Positions 22,061-33,092 are shown, counted from the first letter of the stretch. The stretch: 64,000 bases of DNA from a virus (IMGVR_UViG_3300021399_000122:40849-104848); one strand, 5' to 3'. Numbers and translations: made by a program. The notes: generated by a model not told the origin, from the letters alone.

Positions 22061-22088
22061 CGGGAGCCACGCAAAGGCTCCCTTTTTT
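22061..22088 (+). terminator. Intrinsic terminator just upstream of the endolysin RBS
   Basis: GGGAGCC-acgcaaa-GGCTCCC followed by T6. Confidence 0.6.
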
Positions 22089-22106
22089 AATGGAAGGAGA
22101 ACTATT

Positions 22107-22874
22107 ATGGCTAAATCATATGCCGCTTTTAAGAAGTCTCACCTTGGCCTGAAGATTGATCTTGATGGATTCCCCGTACAGCAGAAATTCCAGTGCTGGG
22201 ATTTGGCAAACAAGTATTTTCTCTACATCGGCGGCCACAAGATTCATTGTGGCCAGACTGGTTATGTCAAGGACATTGCGAATCAGCGTTCCACAAATGG
22301 CATCCTGGATTTCTGCGTCGATATCGGCCTTAAGGCTGAGATGCAGCCGGGCGATATTGTAGTGTGGACAAACCGTTCACCTCACTGCCCGTATTCCCAT
22401 ATCGCCATTTATGACCATGACAACGGTCAGGAAGAAATCTATTTCTTAGGGCAGAATCAACCTTATCCGTATGTAACAGTCGCACGTATTCCTTGGCAGG
22501 GAATCATTGGTGTGTTCCGTCCGAAGATTTTCATGGATCAGACGCCGACACCGGCACCGGCAAAGCGTCCCGATCAGATCCTCACTGTTGGTTCAAAGGT
22601 CAAGAGCTGGGGCTTCTATATCGAGAAGATCGATTACATCCGCCAGTGGGGATACAATAGCTGGGTTGGTGGTTGGTTCCCGCTGAAGGACGTTGACGAA
22701 GTTGACGCATTGGACGGCAAAAAGGATCAGATCGTGCATGTCGGATCCGGCTGCGCGTTCCCGAAGACCTACACCGTTACCGCCGTTGACGTCAAGAATG
22801 ACCGTGCTTTCTTAAAAGAGCTTGGCTATTGGGTCAAGTGCCGCTGTCTTAACGAGGTAGAAGAAGGCAACTAA
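22107..22874 (+). CDS. Endolysin, CHAP domain plus C-terminal cell-wall-binding region
   Basis: 'QCWDLAN...YSHIAIY...LGQNQ' CHAP Cys/His motif and a Pro-rich linker; start after GGAAGGAG. Confidence 0.85.
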   Translation: MAKSYAAFKKSHLGLKIDLDGFPVQQKFQCWDLANKYFLYIGGHKIHCGQTGYVKDIANQRSTNGILDFCVDIGLKAEMQPGDIVVWTNRSPHCPYSHIAIYDHDNGQEEIYFLGQNQPYPYVTVARIPWQGIIGVFRPKIFMDQTPTPAPAKRPDQILTVGSKVKSWGFYIEKIDYIRQWGYNSWVGGWFPLKDVDEVDALDGKKDQIVHVGSGCAFPKTYTVTAVDVKNDRAFLKELGYWVKCRCLNEVEEGN

Positions 22875-22973
22875 GGAAAATGGGGAGATTATTCTCCCCT
22901 TTCGTTAAAAGCAAGTTAATCCAAGATCTTTCGTACTACATTTTACGCGGTTGAATCGGACAGGAGGTTAAAC

Positions 22974-23213
22974 ATGATCGATTGGAAACGAAAGCTGTCC
23001 AGCCGTAAATTATGGCTGGCAATCGCCGGATTTGTATCCGGTCTGATGGTATTCTTTGGCCGCACAGAATCAGAAGCTACTCAGGTCAGCGCTCTGATTA
23101 TGTCTGCTGCATCCGTTATCTCTTATATTGTTTCGGAGGGACTCATCGACTCGGCGAATGCGGGGTTTGTATATCCTGAGGAGCCGACAGATGCCGACCG
23201 GAACGGAGATTGA
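22974..23213 (+). CDS. Holin
   Basis: 79 aa with two hydrophobic helices; 'IDWKRKLSSRKLW...YI.SEGLID'; adjacent to the endolysin. Confidence 0.8.
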   Translation: MIDWKRKLSSRKLWLAIAGFVSGLMVFFGRTESEATQVSALIMSAASVISYIVSEGLIDSANAGFVYPEEPTDADRNGD

Positions 23214-23571
23214 AATTGTCTGGTCGTTTCTTGGTAAGATCGCTGCGATTCTTGGTGTAATCGTTGCGGCTATCAAAGCGATCCAGTACTTGAACTCACT
23301 CACCCCTGCGGCGAAGTTAGAGCTTCGTGTTGCCGAGAATGAACGCAAGCTCAACAACGACTTCGAGCACCTCAAGGCGATCGACGAAAAGATTGCTCAT
23401 CTGGAAAAGAAAACAGATGACACTCAGCTCCAGATCAAGGAAGTCAATGAAGGCATCCAGCGAATAGGCAAGTCTCAAATCTCTTTACTCCGTCATTTTG
23501 TCACCGGAAACGGCCAGAAAGAAATGTCGGAAGAGGCGGACGATTTAACTGCGTGGTTCATTGACAGATAA
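23191..23571 (+). CDS. Lysis-module membrane protein (TM plus coiled coil)
   Basis: ATG after GAGGAG; single N-terminal TM followed by a coiled coil. Confidence 0.55.
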   Translation: MPTGTEIEIVWSFLGKIAAILGVIVAAIKAIQYLNSLTPAAKLELRVAENERKLNNDFEHLKAIDEKIAHLEKKTDDTQLQIKEVNEGIQRIGKSQISLLRHFVTGNGQKEMSEEADDLTAWFIDR

Positions 23572-23594
23572 AAATTGAATAAAACTGCTCTTTT

Positions 23595-23630
23595 GTTGCG
23601 TATACAGCTGCTGCGTATACGCAACTTTTA
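23595..23630 (+). terminator. Hairpin/terminator after the lysis module
   Basis: GTTGCGTATAC...GTATACGCAAC 11-bp inverted repeat followed by TTTT. Confidence 0.55.
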
Positions 23631-23631
23631 T

Positions 23632-23705
23632 TCCCGTGTAGCCTAACGGCAAGGCAAGCGACTTTGACTCGCTCGATGTGGGTTCGATTCCCGCCACGGG
23701 TGCCA
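23632..23705 (+). tRNA. tRNA-Gln (anticodon TTG)
   Basis: Cloverleaf TCCCGTG-TA-GCCT/AGGC-AGCGA CT[TTG]AC TCGCT-GTGGG TTCGATT CCCGC-CACGGGT-G-CCA; CCA is encoded. Confidence 0.92.
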
Positions 23706-23821
23706 TAAAGGCCGGTGATCAAGCATTAAAAGATTGTAAGACAATAGCTGCCCAGTAAGCGGAACACGACATGTGCAACTCCGCGTGGGATTCGCGTGAT
23801 TGAAACTGCACGCACGGCCAC

Positions 23822-23862
23822 AGACCCAAGCTCTCGCAGGTAGAGGCTTGGGTCTTTTTTTT
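23822..23862 (+). terminator. Strong intrinsic terminator immediately before the methyltransferase RBS
   Basis: AGACCCAAGC...GCTTGGGTCT stem followed by a T-run. Confidence 0.75.
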
Positions 23863-23879
23863 GTTTAGGAGGAAAAGGA

Positions 23880-25295
23880 ATGAATGTACTTGTCGCATGC
23901 GAAGAATCCCAGAGAGTGTGCGTTGAATTTAGAAATTTGGGGCATCGAGCATTTAGCGCTGACGTTCAGGAGTGTAGTGGAGGCCATCCTGAATGGCATA
24001 TACTTGGAGATGTTTTGCCAATCCTTGATGGCAACTGCACATTCGTTACTCAAGACGGTGCCGAACATGAAATCTCTGGTGAGTGGGATCTCATTATCGC
24101 CCATCCTCCCTGCACATATCTGACTATTACCGGCAACAGGTGGTTCGATGCTGATGTGTACGGCGACGAGGCAATCGAACGCGCAAATAAGCGTGACGAA
24201 GCAGAAGAGTTCTTCATGAAGTTTGTCAATGCGAAGTGCAAGAGAATCGCTATTGAGAATCCGATTGGCTTCATGAGTACACGATATCGTATGCCGGATC
24301 AAATCATCCAGCCATATGAGTTTGGAGATCCGGTGCTTAAGAAAACATGCCTTTGGCTGAAGAATCTTCCCAACTTAAAGCCAACTGATAATCTCCATCT
24401 GAAGTATGATGGTGACTTTAGTAAGAACCATGGCGACCTGTACTGTGCAAAAGATGAGAACGGAAAAATCCTTGCATGGAATGATCCGATGACGGCAAAG
24501 CTGCGTAGCAAGACGTTTATTGGGATTGCCAAAGCCATGGCAGAACAGTGGAGTTCCAGCCTCCCGCCACTCATCGACCCGTCTGAAATCACAAACGATA
24601 ATTCTATGAATGTATTGGTTGCGTGTGAAGAATCGCAGGCGGTATGTATTGCCTTCAGACGTAAAGGCCACCGTGCATTCAGCTGCGATTTACGGACAAA
24701 CAGTGGCGGGTACCCGGAGTGGCATATTAAAGGTGATGTCTTGCCATATTTGAATGGAAATTGCTCGTTCGAAACTGAGGATGGCGTTACCCATCATCAG
24801 GTTGGCAAATGGGATTTAATTATCGGGCATCCGCCTTGCACATATTTGACAAAGGGTGGCGCCGTTAGGCTCTTTCGAAAAGAAAAAAAGTATTATCCAT
24901 CGTACGGTACATTCCAAATGGTTAATGTCGAGCGGCTCAAACAAGGAATTGTTAGTCGCGATTTTTTTATGCGGATTTTAAATGCGGATTGCGACAAAAT
25001 CGTCGTTGAAAATCCCGTCCCAATGGGAATATACATGCTCCCTGAGCCAACGCAGATCATTGAGCCATATCAGTTTGGCGATCCATACAAAAAGCAAACA
25101 TGTTTGTGGATCAAAGGATTGGAAAAGCTGCATCCCACAAATATCGTGGAGCCTACTATGTGTTGGGCAAGTGGAGGCTCCAAGAATGCAGACGGGACAA
25201 AGCGCAAGAGCAAGGCTTTGACAAGCCGAGTTGCTCAAGTAAGAAGTAAAACCTTTTCTGGCATAGCGAGTGCTATGGCTGATCAATGGGGATAA
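23880..25295 (+). CDS. DNA (cytosine-5)-methyltransferase-like protein made of two tandem domains
   Basis: Two copies of 'MNVLVACEESQ...HPPCTYL...ENP...K.TCLW.K...RSKTF.GIA.AMA.QW'; both contain the PPC catalytic motif. Confidence 0.75.
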   Translation: MNVLVACEESQRVCVEFRNLGHRAFSADVQECSGGHPEWHILGDVLPILDGNCTFVTQDGAEHEISGEWDLIIAHPPCTYLTITGNRWFDADVYGDEAIERANKRDEAEEFFMKFVNAKCKRIAIENPIGFMSTRYRMPDQIIQPYEFGDPVLKKTCLWLKNLPNLKPTDNLHLKYDGDFSKNHGDLYCAKDENGKILAWNDPMTAKLRSKTFIGIAKAMAEQWSSSLPPLIDPSEITNDNSMNVLVACEESQAVCIAFRRKGHRAFSCDLRTNSGGYPEWHIKGDVLPYLNGNCSFETEDGVTHHQVGKWDLIIGHPPCTYLTKGGAVRLFRKEKKYYPSYGTFQMVNVERLKQGIVSRDFFMRILNADCDKIVVENPVPMGIYMLPEPTQIIEPYQFGDPYKKQTCLWIKGLEKLHPTNIVEPTMCWASGGSKNADGTKRKSKALTSRVAQVRSKTFSGIASAMADQWG

Positions 25296-25300
25296 TAATA

Positions 25301-25333
25301 AAGGCAGATTGACTTTGATTGTCAGTCTGCCTT
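25301..25333. terminator. Bidirectional terminator at the convergence of the + and - strand gene blocks
   Basis: AAGGCAGATTGAC...GTCAGTCTGCCTT hairpin between convergent ORFs. Confidence 0.75.
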
Positions 25334-25337
25334 CTTT

Positions 25338-25589
25338 TTACCAGATGCTCCACCAAAACTCAGAGCACTTCTTGTATCCACCATAGTTGGGAATCTCATC
25401 CATGCGGCGAAGCTTCCTATTACAGATCTGTTTGAACTCTCTGCTACGTCTCCCTCTGTAGACTCTATGCAGTCTTTCGTCTGTCCAGTGGTGGCATACG
25501 CCAGAGCAGATCCATCGCCTGTGGCTGAATACATCGCTATAAAGCTTGGCCAGCCTTCTTTTGTCTTCTTGCTTGCGCTGGTAACCCAC
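25338..25589 (-). CDS. Hypothetical basic protein
   Basis: GTG start after GGAGGTG; 83 aa. Confidence 0.55.
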   Translation of the reverse strand: MGYQRKQEDKRRLAKLYSDVFSHRRWICSGVCHHWTDERLHRVYRGRRSREFKQICNRKLRRMDEIPNYGGYKKCSEFWWSIW

Positions 25590-25666
25590 AGTATCACCTC
25601 CCGTTAGAAGATGATCACCCCCTTTACTTGAAATAGTATTTTTATCGACCGCGATACTTTGTAGAT

Positions 25667-26047
25667 TTAGAGCCCCGAAGTTATGACGTGCACCTCGGCG
25701 TTGGAACGTTTGGCAATGTTTATCATGTTTGCTGTGCCTCTGCTCTTTCCATCCCAGAAGGCGACGACTATTGCCTCCGCTCCGAGCGCATAATTCAACA
25801 TCTGTCTGTTGCGGATCGGCCCTGCTGACTTTCCGTATTCATCCCAATAGGCCTCGAATACTGTCACACGAAGCCCCCTTGATTTTGCGTAGTCTTCAGC
25901 GATCCTATCTGCGCCACGGCACCCACCGGATATAATCTCCACATTTACAGGATCTCCTAGAATGTTATCAAGAGTTGAATATAACAGCTCCCTATCATTA
26001 AAAGTCCTCGTCCCGCAGACAATTACTCTTCTTAAAATGGCAATCAC
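25667..26047 (-). CDS. SLOG-family (DUF2493/YspA-like) protein
   Basis: 'VIVCGTR', 'IISGGCRGAD', 'AGPIRNRQM' and 'FWDGKSRGT' motifs. Confidence 0.8.
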   Translation of the reverse strand: MIAILRRVIVCGTRTFNDRELLYSTLDNILGDPVNVEIISGGCRGADRIAEDYAKSRGLRVTVFEAYWDEYGKSAGPIRNRQMLNYALGAEAIVVAFWDGKSRGTANMINIAKRSNAEVHVITSGL

Positions 26048-26309
26048 ACTACTCCTCGCCTTATTGTTTCCATACTATTTACCCTTCCAATCCACTATAA
26101 CCTTCCACTTATCGCACGGCTCATCCAGTTCTTGATCGTATACTGGGTAGTCTTCCCAATCTATTTCAATGCCACGAATCTCGCAGTAACAACAATCGGC
26201 GTGATATTTGTCACAGCTGTAACATGCGTCAAGGAGATCGCTTTCACTATATGCTTTCATAGCCTTAATATAGCACATTTAACTTTCCGGTAACTTGCAA
26301 GACTGTGAT

Positions 26310-26582
26310 TTAAAGTTTCCTTTCTTTTGCTCTCAGTTCTGCTCTGCGCTTCTGATCTTGTTCGTATAACAACTTTTTATACGCATACGCTTCACCGAGT
26401 AACACGCCCAATTCAAATTCCTTTGATTCATGTCCATCACGATAATACTCCAGTATTGAAGCAACATAGTTGATGTCCGCTTCCAGTTTGTAGATATTAC
26501 CGATCAGATAATCCTCTGTGAAACTGCGCTGTCTTTCTTTGCGCTCAGAATAGAGAAGGTTAACATGTTCTTGTTCTGTCAT
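26310..26582 (-). CDS. Hypothetical protein
   Basis: ORF track; co-oriented and tightly packed. Confidence 0.5.
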   Translation of the reverse strand: MTEQEHVNLLYSERKERQRSFTEDYLIGNIYKLEADINYVASILEYYRDGHESKEFELGVLLGEAYAYKKLLYEQDQKRRAELRAKERKL

Positions 26583-27567
26583 AATGTTTCCTTTTACTCT
26601 CTTTCATCACCACGGAATTGACACATCGTATTCTTCAGCGAGTGCGCGATAATCTTTCTGAAGTAACATGATTCTGCCTAGAGGAGTCACCACATGTGCG
26701 CCAAACAGTTTAGCAATAATACACTTTATTTTCTGTCTGAAGGTTTCCGCAATGTCATATCTTGCGATAAATTCATAATCGTCCATTAACAGCTACTCCT
26801 GCCTAGTATAAATCCGAGTATAATTCCTGCTATTGTGCCAAGAATGCAAATCATTGGTTGTCTCCTTTAACGTGCTTTCCGTAACCGCTTTGGCTTTGCA
26901 ACGTTGTTACGGTCACTTCCCCATCGTAGATTGACACAAGATATTCGCCGTCTTTGTTGAAAGCAACATTCGTTGTCGATCCGTTCTTCTTGACTTCAAA
27001 CGGAAGCAATCCGTCATTCGTGACGCTGATTTTATCGCCAACCTTAATAATCTGCTCTTTTGTGTATATAAATTCTGCCATATCGTCACCTAAAGTTTCC
27101 TTTTGCTCGGCTTTTGCCAATTTGTTCAACTCTCTGCGATTTGATGAGTTGTAAAACATGATCCGTTTGCATTTCCAATTTTTGCTTTTCAGTGCGGTCT
27201 TGATAACGTAAGCATTTACTTGCTTTCGTTTTTTGTTTTCGCTTGTCATAAACTTCCCTTTTAGTCATCCCCTCCGAACCAACCAAACACAAACCAGACC
27301 ACTATCCAAACTGCTATTATAAAAAGGAAAGACTCAGCATAGAGAGAACATATATTTTTCGCGAAATCAATCATAAAGTTTCCTTTTGTTCACCTTTTAT
27401 TCAATGAATTGATTCTAATTTCTGCCATGACTGCCCACAGCAGAAAGTAGCAAGGCTTTGTCCAATCCTGCAACGCCACATAAATAAGCGATGCTGTAAT
27501 GCAAGTGATGCAGAATACGCTCAGACACTGTTTGTTGTTCATTCCTCTTTTTCCTTTCCGTATTCCT

Positions 27568-27837
27568 TTAACGATCTGATTTCACCTGTTCTTTATAGGC
27601 TTCATACATCTGACCGATTACAGATATGTCGTGAATACTCATGTCGTCTCGCTGAATGTATTCACGCATGAAGTCGACTGGTACAGCTTCCTTAGCCGGT
27701 GCAGAATATATCATTTCCTCTACCTTAATAACACCGTTCATCCAGTCTTCACCCTCATGCTGATAACTTGGTTCATCTTGTATCTTTTGAACCTTTTCAA
27801 GCAACGCTTCCTTCTCAATTAATTCAGTCATTTTCAT
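27568..27837 (-). CDS. Hypothetical protein of the 'LIDAD/EAVPV' phage family
   Basis: 'ELIEKEALLE...APAKEAVPV' resembles the 33.5-34.8 kb paralogs. Confidence 0.55.
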   Translation of the reverse strand: MKMTELIEKEALLEKVQKIQDEPSYQHEGEDWMNGVIKVEEMIYSAPAKEAVPVDFMREYIQRDDMSIHDISVIGQMYEAYKEQVKSDR

Positions 27838-28664
27838 TCTCCTTCCTGTATTCCTTTATCCTACCACACAGTCCATATCGCATACGCCCCCATGGCGATT
27901 CCAATGCATATGAGTATAACAAATGCTACAAAACATACGAGCCCCGCTATATCCACGATTTTTTCAATAATCTTTCCAGTTTTGCCAATGCCAGTTGTTA
28001 CATCGAGTACCGAAAGCACCGTGCAAATTAAAACGAAAGTGAGCAAGATTTTCACAATAAATTTGCCTATAGCTATAGCATTAATACTCATTTGTTTTGA
28101 TCCTTTCGTAATTCTTTTTTATTACCGTTGTGTGACCTTTTATTCTCAAAATACCACCGTATCGATCTGTGGATCAGAATGCCAGTGATGTTACCGAGAA
28201 TTACTGCAAGATAGTATTTCCAGCCCATAATCATCTCCTTTAAACTTTAACGGTTCGCTGAACGTGCGTAATGCTAAGAAGTTCGGAATCATGGTCAATC
28301 AGTTTGACAAGAGTATCAAGCGTAATGCTGTCATCGTACTGTTCCATGCTTTTGTCTGCATAAATTACGATCCACATATATCCTCCTTTTCATCTCACTT
28401 CCAACGTTCCAAGTGTGCAGTGACAAATGCCATTTCCTCCGTTGCTCGGGTGATTTGCACAGTATCGGCATGGTGTTGAAAGTGTGGGGACTTCATGATT
28501 GAATTTCTCCATCGAAGATTGCCTCCTCTCATTGGTTTTCTCTTCAAAGCAGTCATGAACTTCTCGTCCATCAACCTCGATTCCGAATTTCTTGCACAAA
28601 TCGTAATACCATCGAAAGTGAATACAGTTATCGCAGTTTCTTTCGTGAGTAATAGTCATCCGCT

Positions 28665-29369
28665 CTAATCAATCCTCCTGATGTCGTAATATAAGATGCT
28701 GATGTTTCCGAAGTCTTCGTCGACGTGGTGGTGGCCAGCATACCAGTGACCAAAATCAACAGTGTGCTCGACGCCTTCCAAGAATAAGTTCAGGTCATTC
28801 AGATTCGTCCTTGACCCGTATATCTTGTAGGCGAGATCTGCTGGGATATCATGCGTGATGATATAGTCAACCCTGTTATTAACAGCGGCCAGATTCTTAT
28901 GTGCCTCTATGTACTCTGTCTGGGACGGCATCTCCTCGTCCCACCAACAAATGCCCCTATCGTTTCTTTCAGTGTGTGTGAACTTACCCCGGTCAATCGA
29001 TTCGGCACCACCCATTGTGAAGAATTTCTTGCCATCGATTGTGAACACTTGTCCTCTCATCAAATGCAGGATATGGGGGCGAAGCACGTGTACCCTGCCG
29101 CCATTCCACGCCTCAATCTTGAATCGGCTATACAGTGCGTTGAAGTTTTCGTGGTTGCCATCCACGAACAGCGTTGTCCACGGCTTGTTCTCGAGCCAGT
29201 TGAGCCAGTACTTCTCAGTCGAATCCTCTTGGTTTCGCCAGACCAATCCGAAGTCACCGCATATGATGACGTAATCATCTCGCGTCAGCTCTTTTCCTTC
29301 TGGAAAATTCTTCGTCGTCAACTTTTCGATGTCGTATGAGCCGTGAGTGTCACCCGTAACATAAAACAT
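28665..29369 (-). CDS. Calcineurin-like metallophosphoesterase
   Basis: 'GDTHG', 'CGDFG', 'DGNHEN', 'ITHD' and 'GHHH' motifs. Confidence 0.9.
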   Translation of the reverse strand: MFYVTGDTHGSYDIEKLTTKNFPEGKELTRDDYVIICGDFGLVWRNQEDSTEKYWLNWLENKPWTTLFVDGNHENFNALYSRFKIEAWNGGRVHVLRPHILHLMRGQVFTIDGKKFFTMGGAESIDRGKFTHTERNDRGICWWDEEMPSQTEYIEAHKNLAAVNNRVDYIITHDIPADLAYKIYGSRTNLNDLNLFLEGVEHTVDFGHWYAGHHHVDEDFGNISILYYDIRRID

Positions 29370-29654
29370 TTAATCACCTCTCTGTATGAGCTTGCGCAAG
29401 CCATTTCTAGAGGCGGTTTAAATCTTCGATCAAGTGTTCGTCTGTCACCAGAATCGCTCACCACACCTCTGTACAAGCCATGCACAGGCTAATAATCGTT
29501 AATCGGAATACCACTTCTACCATCAAGCTTTGGTTTGATAGCACAAGTGATATTTCGATTCGTTTTCTCTGCCAAATCCAATAACTTTGGATTTCACGGA
29601 GGGAATTAACCAGCTTTCTAACGAAGAATTCATATCACAGCAGCTCTCCTCGTT

Positions 29655-29919
29655 TTGAAAAGTGGTAAATTGGTGGTACTTTTGGCTACGCGATTCGATC
29701 TAAATCTAGGTTTTATCGGTTCTTTTAGAATTTGTTAGCTACTCCAAGCATCAAGTGCCAACCTCTTTATGAATTGTCACGAATCGTCACATTTCGCTGC
29801 TTTTGTCATGTTCGCCGTTACATATCGTCACATTTCGTCACGTATTGTCGCGGTCAAAAGTGGTAGAAATTGTGGTAGCCGGTTATAAATCTTGGGGTAA
29901 ATATGAGGTTGTGGTAAAT
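29655..29919. promoter_or_regulatory. Probable attP with GTGGTA arm-type sites and 10-bp tandem repeats
   Basis: GTGGTA at 29662, 29673, 29860, 29872 and 29911; 10-bp-period CGTCAC-like repeats at 29773-29853; directly downstream of int. Confidence 0.6.
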
Positions 29920-31182
29920 TCAAACGATTTTACCATCAAGGTTAGCGAAACTCTTCTGTTTCTGCCCAGCCGTAGCCTCGTTATATACATTCATGGTTGT
30001 CGTGATTGATGCGTGCCCCATCACATCCTGAATCACTTTAAGGTTTGTTTCGTTCTCACAGAGCCTTGTGCAGAAGGTGTGCCTAAGAACATGCACCGAG
30101 AATTTTGGTAGCAACAACGGCTGTCTGTTCTCAGTCTCTGACCGCCTCATCTCCTCATCGTTGTAATCTCTTTGAATCGCATACAATGCGGCGTTAACCG
30201 TACCGGGGATTGGCAACGACCCTTTCTTGGTTCGCCAGATGAATCCGGTCAAGCCTTCGATCTCAATCTCCTTGGAGATATATCTGGTCTGTTTTTCTCT
30301 TTCTTCTAGCAACAGGTCTCGGATACTGCTAAGCATTGGGATCGACCTGACACCGCTTGCTGTCTTTGGCGTGCTTATGCTGAACCCGTAGTTGTCTGTT
30401 CCGTCCGTCTTGTAATAGATCATCGACCTCCTTATATATATAAGGTTATTGTCGAAGTCACAGTCGCTCCAAGTTAAGCCGAGTGCTTCTCCCACCCGGC
30501 ACCCAGTGCCAAGCATAAACTTGAACAGAGGGTACCAATGGGAATATCTCTCGTGTTCAGCAATGTACCCGAGGAACGCTTTCTGCTCCTCGATCGTAAG
30601 GCAATGCTTGCTTTTTGGAATGTATTTAATCTCACGTTTTAACTCTGCCAGCACACCATCACACGGGTCATACCTGAGCCCACGATTATTGATTGCGTTC
30701 TTGACTATCAGCTTCAACGTTTGATCAACTTTGGCAACTGTCTCAATAGAGTTCCCGTCGTCTAGCAGCCTTACATAGAATTTCTTAATGTCATTGCGCT
30801 TCAGTTTTGAAATCTTTTGTCGACCAATATACGGGCCGATCTTTGTGGTGTACGTATATTCGTATTGGTCTTTGCTTTTGCGGTTAAGTGACATTTTTGT
30901 CTCCATGAGTGTCACTATGCCGTCGTTAAGCGTTTGTGTCTCTGCGACATGCGTATCCAACCCGCTATAATCTTCGTTGGCGATACGCGCCTCAGCATCT
31001 CTAAGCGCCTCGCAGTCACGCTTGCCTGCTGGCACTTTGTCGGTTCGAACGAGCTTCCAGCTATATATGCTGTGCCTGACCCCGTTGCCGTCCTTGTAAC
31101 GGTATTCATACTGGCCGTTGCTACGTTGCCGCTCATTCGGTTGTAGTAATCTGCCCTTCTTGTCCTTTCTTTTCTCAGACAT
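29920..31182 (-). CDS. int: Tyrosine integrase, Tn916-like, with N-terminal arm-binding domain
   Basis: 'MSEKRKDKKGRLL..NERQR..GQYEYRY' N-terminus; catalytic R (GCRVGE), K (PKT), HxxR (HVLRHTF) and H/Y (MGHASITTTMNVY). Confidence 0.93.
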   Translation of the reverse strand: MSEKRKDKKGRLLQPNERQRSNGQYEYRYKDGNGVRHSIYSWKLVRTDKVPAGKRDCEALRDAEARIANEDYSGLDTHVAETQTLNDGIVTLMETKMSLNRKSKDQYEYTYTTKIGPYIGRQKISKLKRNDIKKFYVRLLDDGNSIETVAKVDQTLKLIVKNAINNRGLRYDPCDGVLAELKREIKYIPKSKHCLTIEEQKAFLGYIAEHERYSHWYPLFKFMLGTGCRVGEALGLTWSDCDFDNNLIYIRRSMIYYKTDGTDNYGFSISTPKTASGVRSIPMLSSIRDLLLEEREKQTRYISKEIEIEGLTGFIWRTKKGSLPIPGTVNAALYAIQRDYNDEEMRRSETENRQPLLLPKFSVHVLRHTFCTRLCENETNLKVIQDVMGHASITTTMNVYNEATAGQKQKSFANLDGKIV

Positions 31183-31787
31183 TACTCTCTCCTTTCTTAG
31201 AAGAGCCGCCGTGATATGTATAGGACATTCTAGTATTTTTGCCTACGGTCGGCAATACGCTCATAAATTTGCTTCCTTCGAAAATGTTTCGCTCATCTTT
31301 TTTACTGCTCGGAAGCAATAACCGTCAGCGGGTGTATATTCACGCCAGACATCACAGTACCCAGAACGATCGCGATGATTGACGCAGTGCTTACACTCAG
31401 TCACTGATTTGTCTTTTGGAATAATTCCTGTGATTGGTTCCTTGACATACGGAGTTGTACCGTTTGCGGTCATAACTATCACCGCCGGGTCTCGGTAACC
31501 ACACAAACACGACCATGTCGTACCGCTGGTGCCGGTTGATACCTCCGGGATCATATAACTACCACACAACGGACATTTCCTATAGTATTCCATTGCTTCT
31601 TTGCCCCTCCAGTTCTCTTAAGCCTTCTTCTTGTTTCTTGATAATCACATCCAATTTACCGTTGATCCAATTGATGGCCGACTGGTAACCGTCGTGATAT
31701 CCATCTGCGTAATCATTCTTGTGAGGATCGGTAGACTTGCTAATTATGCACCAGACAGCGGCTCCAACCCACATCCCAATGTAAAAT

Positions 31788-32108
31788 TCAACCATTCACG
31801 CTCTCCCACTCAATCATTGTCTGTCTGGCAAAGTCATGCGCGTCGCCCTCGTCAAATCCACGTCCAGACATCTTCTGTAGGTACCGCCTATATTCATGGG
31901 CAATCGTGTACGGAATGTTGTACTCAGGATTAGGTATGTCGCGTGCTACATAGATCACTCCCTCCGCCTCGCTGTATGCGCCGAACCCGATTTCATTCTC
32001 AACTTGGACATGCTTCAGCCCCTCTAAGATGAATACTGGCGGGAACGGTGCTTGGCCAGTGTGCTTTCCCTCTAGCCATTCAATGAACCTGTCCGTCATC
32101 TGGCTCAT
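31788..32108 (-). CDS. Hypothetical protein, degenerate zincin-like motif (HEYRR)
   Basis: 'TIAHEYRRY...E.DA..FA' resembles ImmA/IrrE metallopeptidases but lacks the second His. Confidence 0.4.
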   Translation of the reverse strand: MSQMTDRFIEWLEGKHTGQAPFPPVFILEGLKHVQVENEIGFGAYSEAEGVIYVARDIPNPEYNIPYTIAHEYRRYLQKMSGRGFDEGDAHDFARQTMIEWESVNG

Positions 32109-33092
32109 TCGTTGTCCTCACTCTCTTCCCGATATTCGGTATATATATTGATCAGGCAATGCATTGCGTACAGGGTGATCGCGTAGCCCACCACAGATAG
32201 CTCATTGGACTTGATTGCAATTAGTGAAGCCACCCACACACAAAGTATGAGAATCGCTTTAAATAAATAGAATGCTCCGTTCATCGCCCCTCCTCAGTAT
32301 GCATCGCACACGATCTGGACATGGGAACCATCCTTCCCCACCTCGTATATATCACCGTCGAGGTGAACCTCTAGTTCTGTGAGGTTGTCTCTGACCGCAT
32401 CGACAAGGTTCTGGAAGTCAGCCTCGATCTTGATATGGACTTCCTGATTTGCATCGAAATCAGCAAGATTCTGAATTAATTCGTAAACTGTCATCTGGTT
32501 TTCCCTTTTAATCTTGATAATAAAATCGTAGTTTTATTCAGCCCTTTTCTCTGCCATGAAGCAGTATCCGTCTTCTTTTGTTCTCCGGTCTCCCCACTTC
32601 GAACAGACGTTAGTGACTATGAACTGGGTGCTGCTGTCAATGTGCACACAAATGCTTTCAATGAAATACTTACAATCCCTACATCGTATTAGCTCTATCA
32701 CCGGTTCCCCGAAGCATGTCATTTTTGATTTGTCCAGTTCAATAACCGCCATCGGTGCCTGTATGATGTATTCGTTCATTCTTCTTTCCCTTTTATCTGT
32801 CCAGTTTCATATAAATTAGAGTCAGGAGAATAATGATTGCCCATCCTTGTATATATGTCATTCCTCTTTTTCCTCAATGAACATCTCGCATTCGCCAATA
32901 ACGCCACGCTCTACGTCGCCGTGAATTTCGCACATCATCATGTATGGCCCGCTCGAATAATCCCACCATACATCTGTACAATGGTCGCAGAACACACATG
33001 CTTTATGCGGGCATTTGTATGTGCGACGGCCAGTAAAAGGGTCGTCGATTACGTAAGGTCTATTCCATGTCGACTTGTCTACTTGTGCTTTC

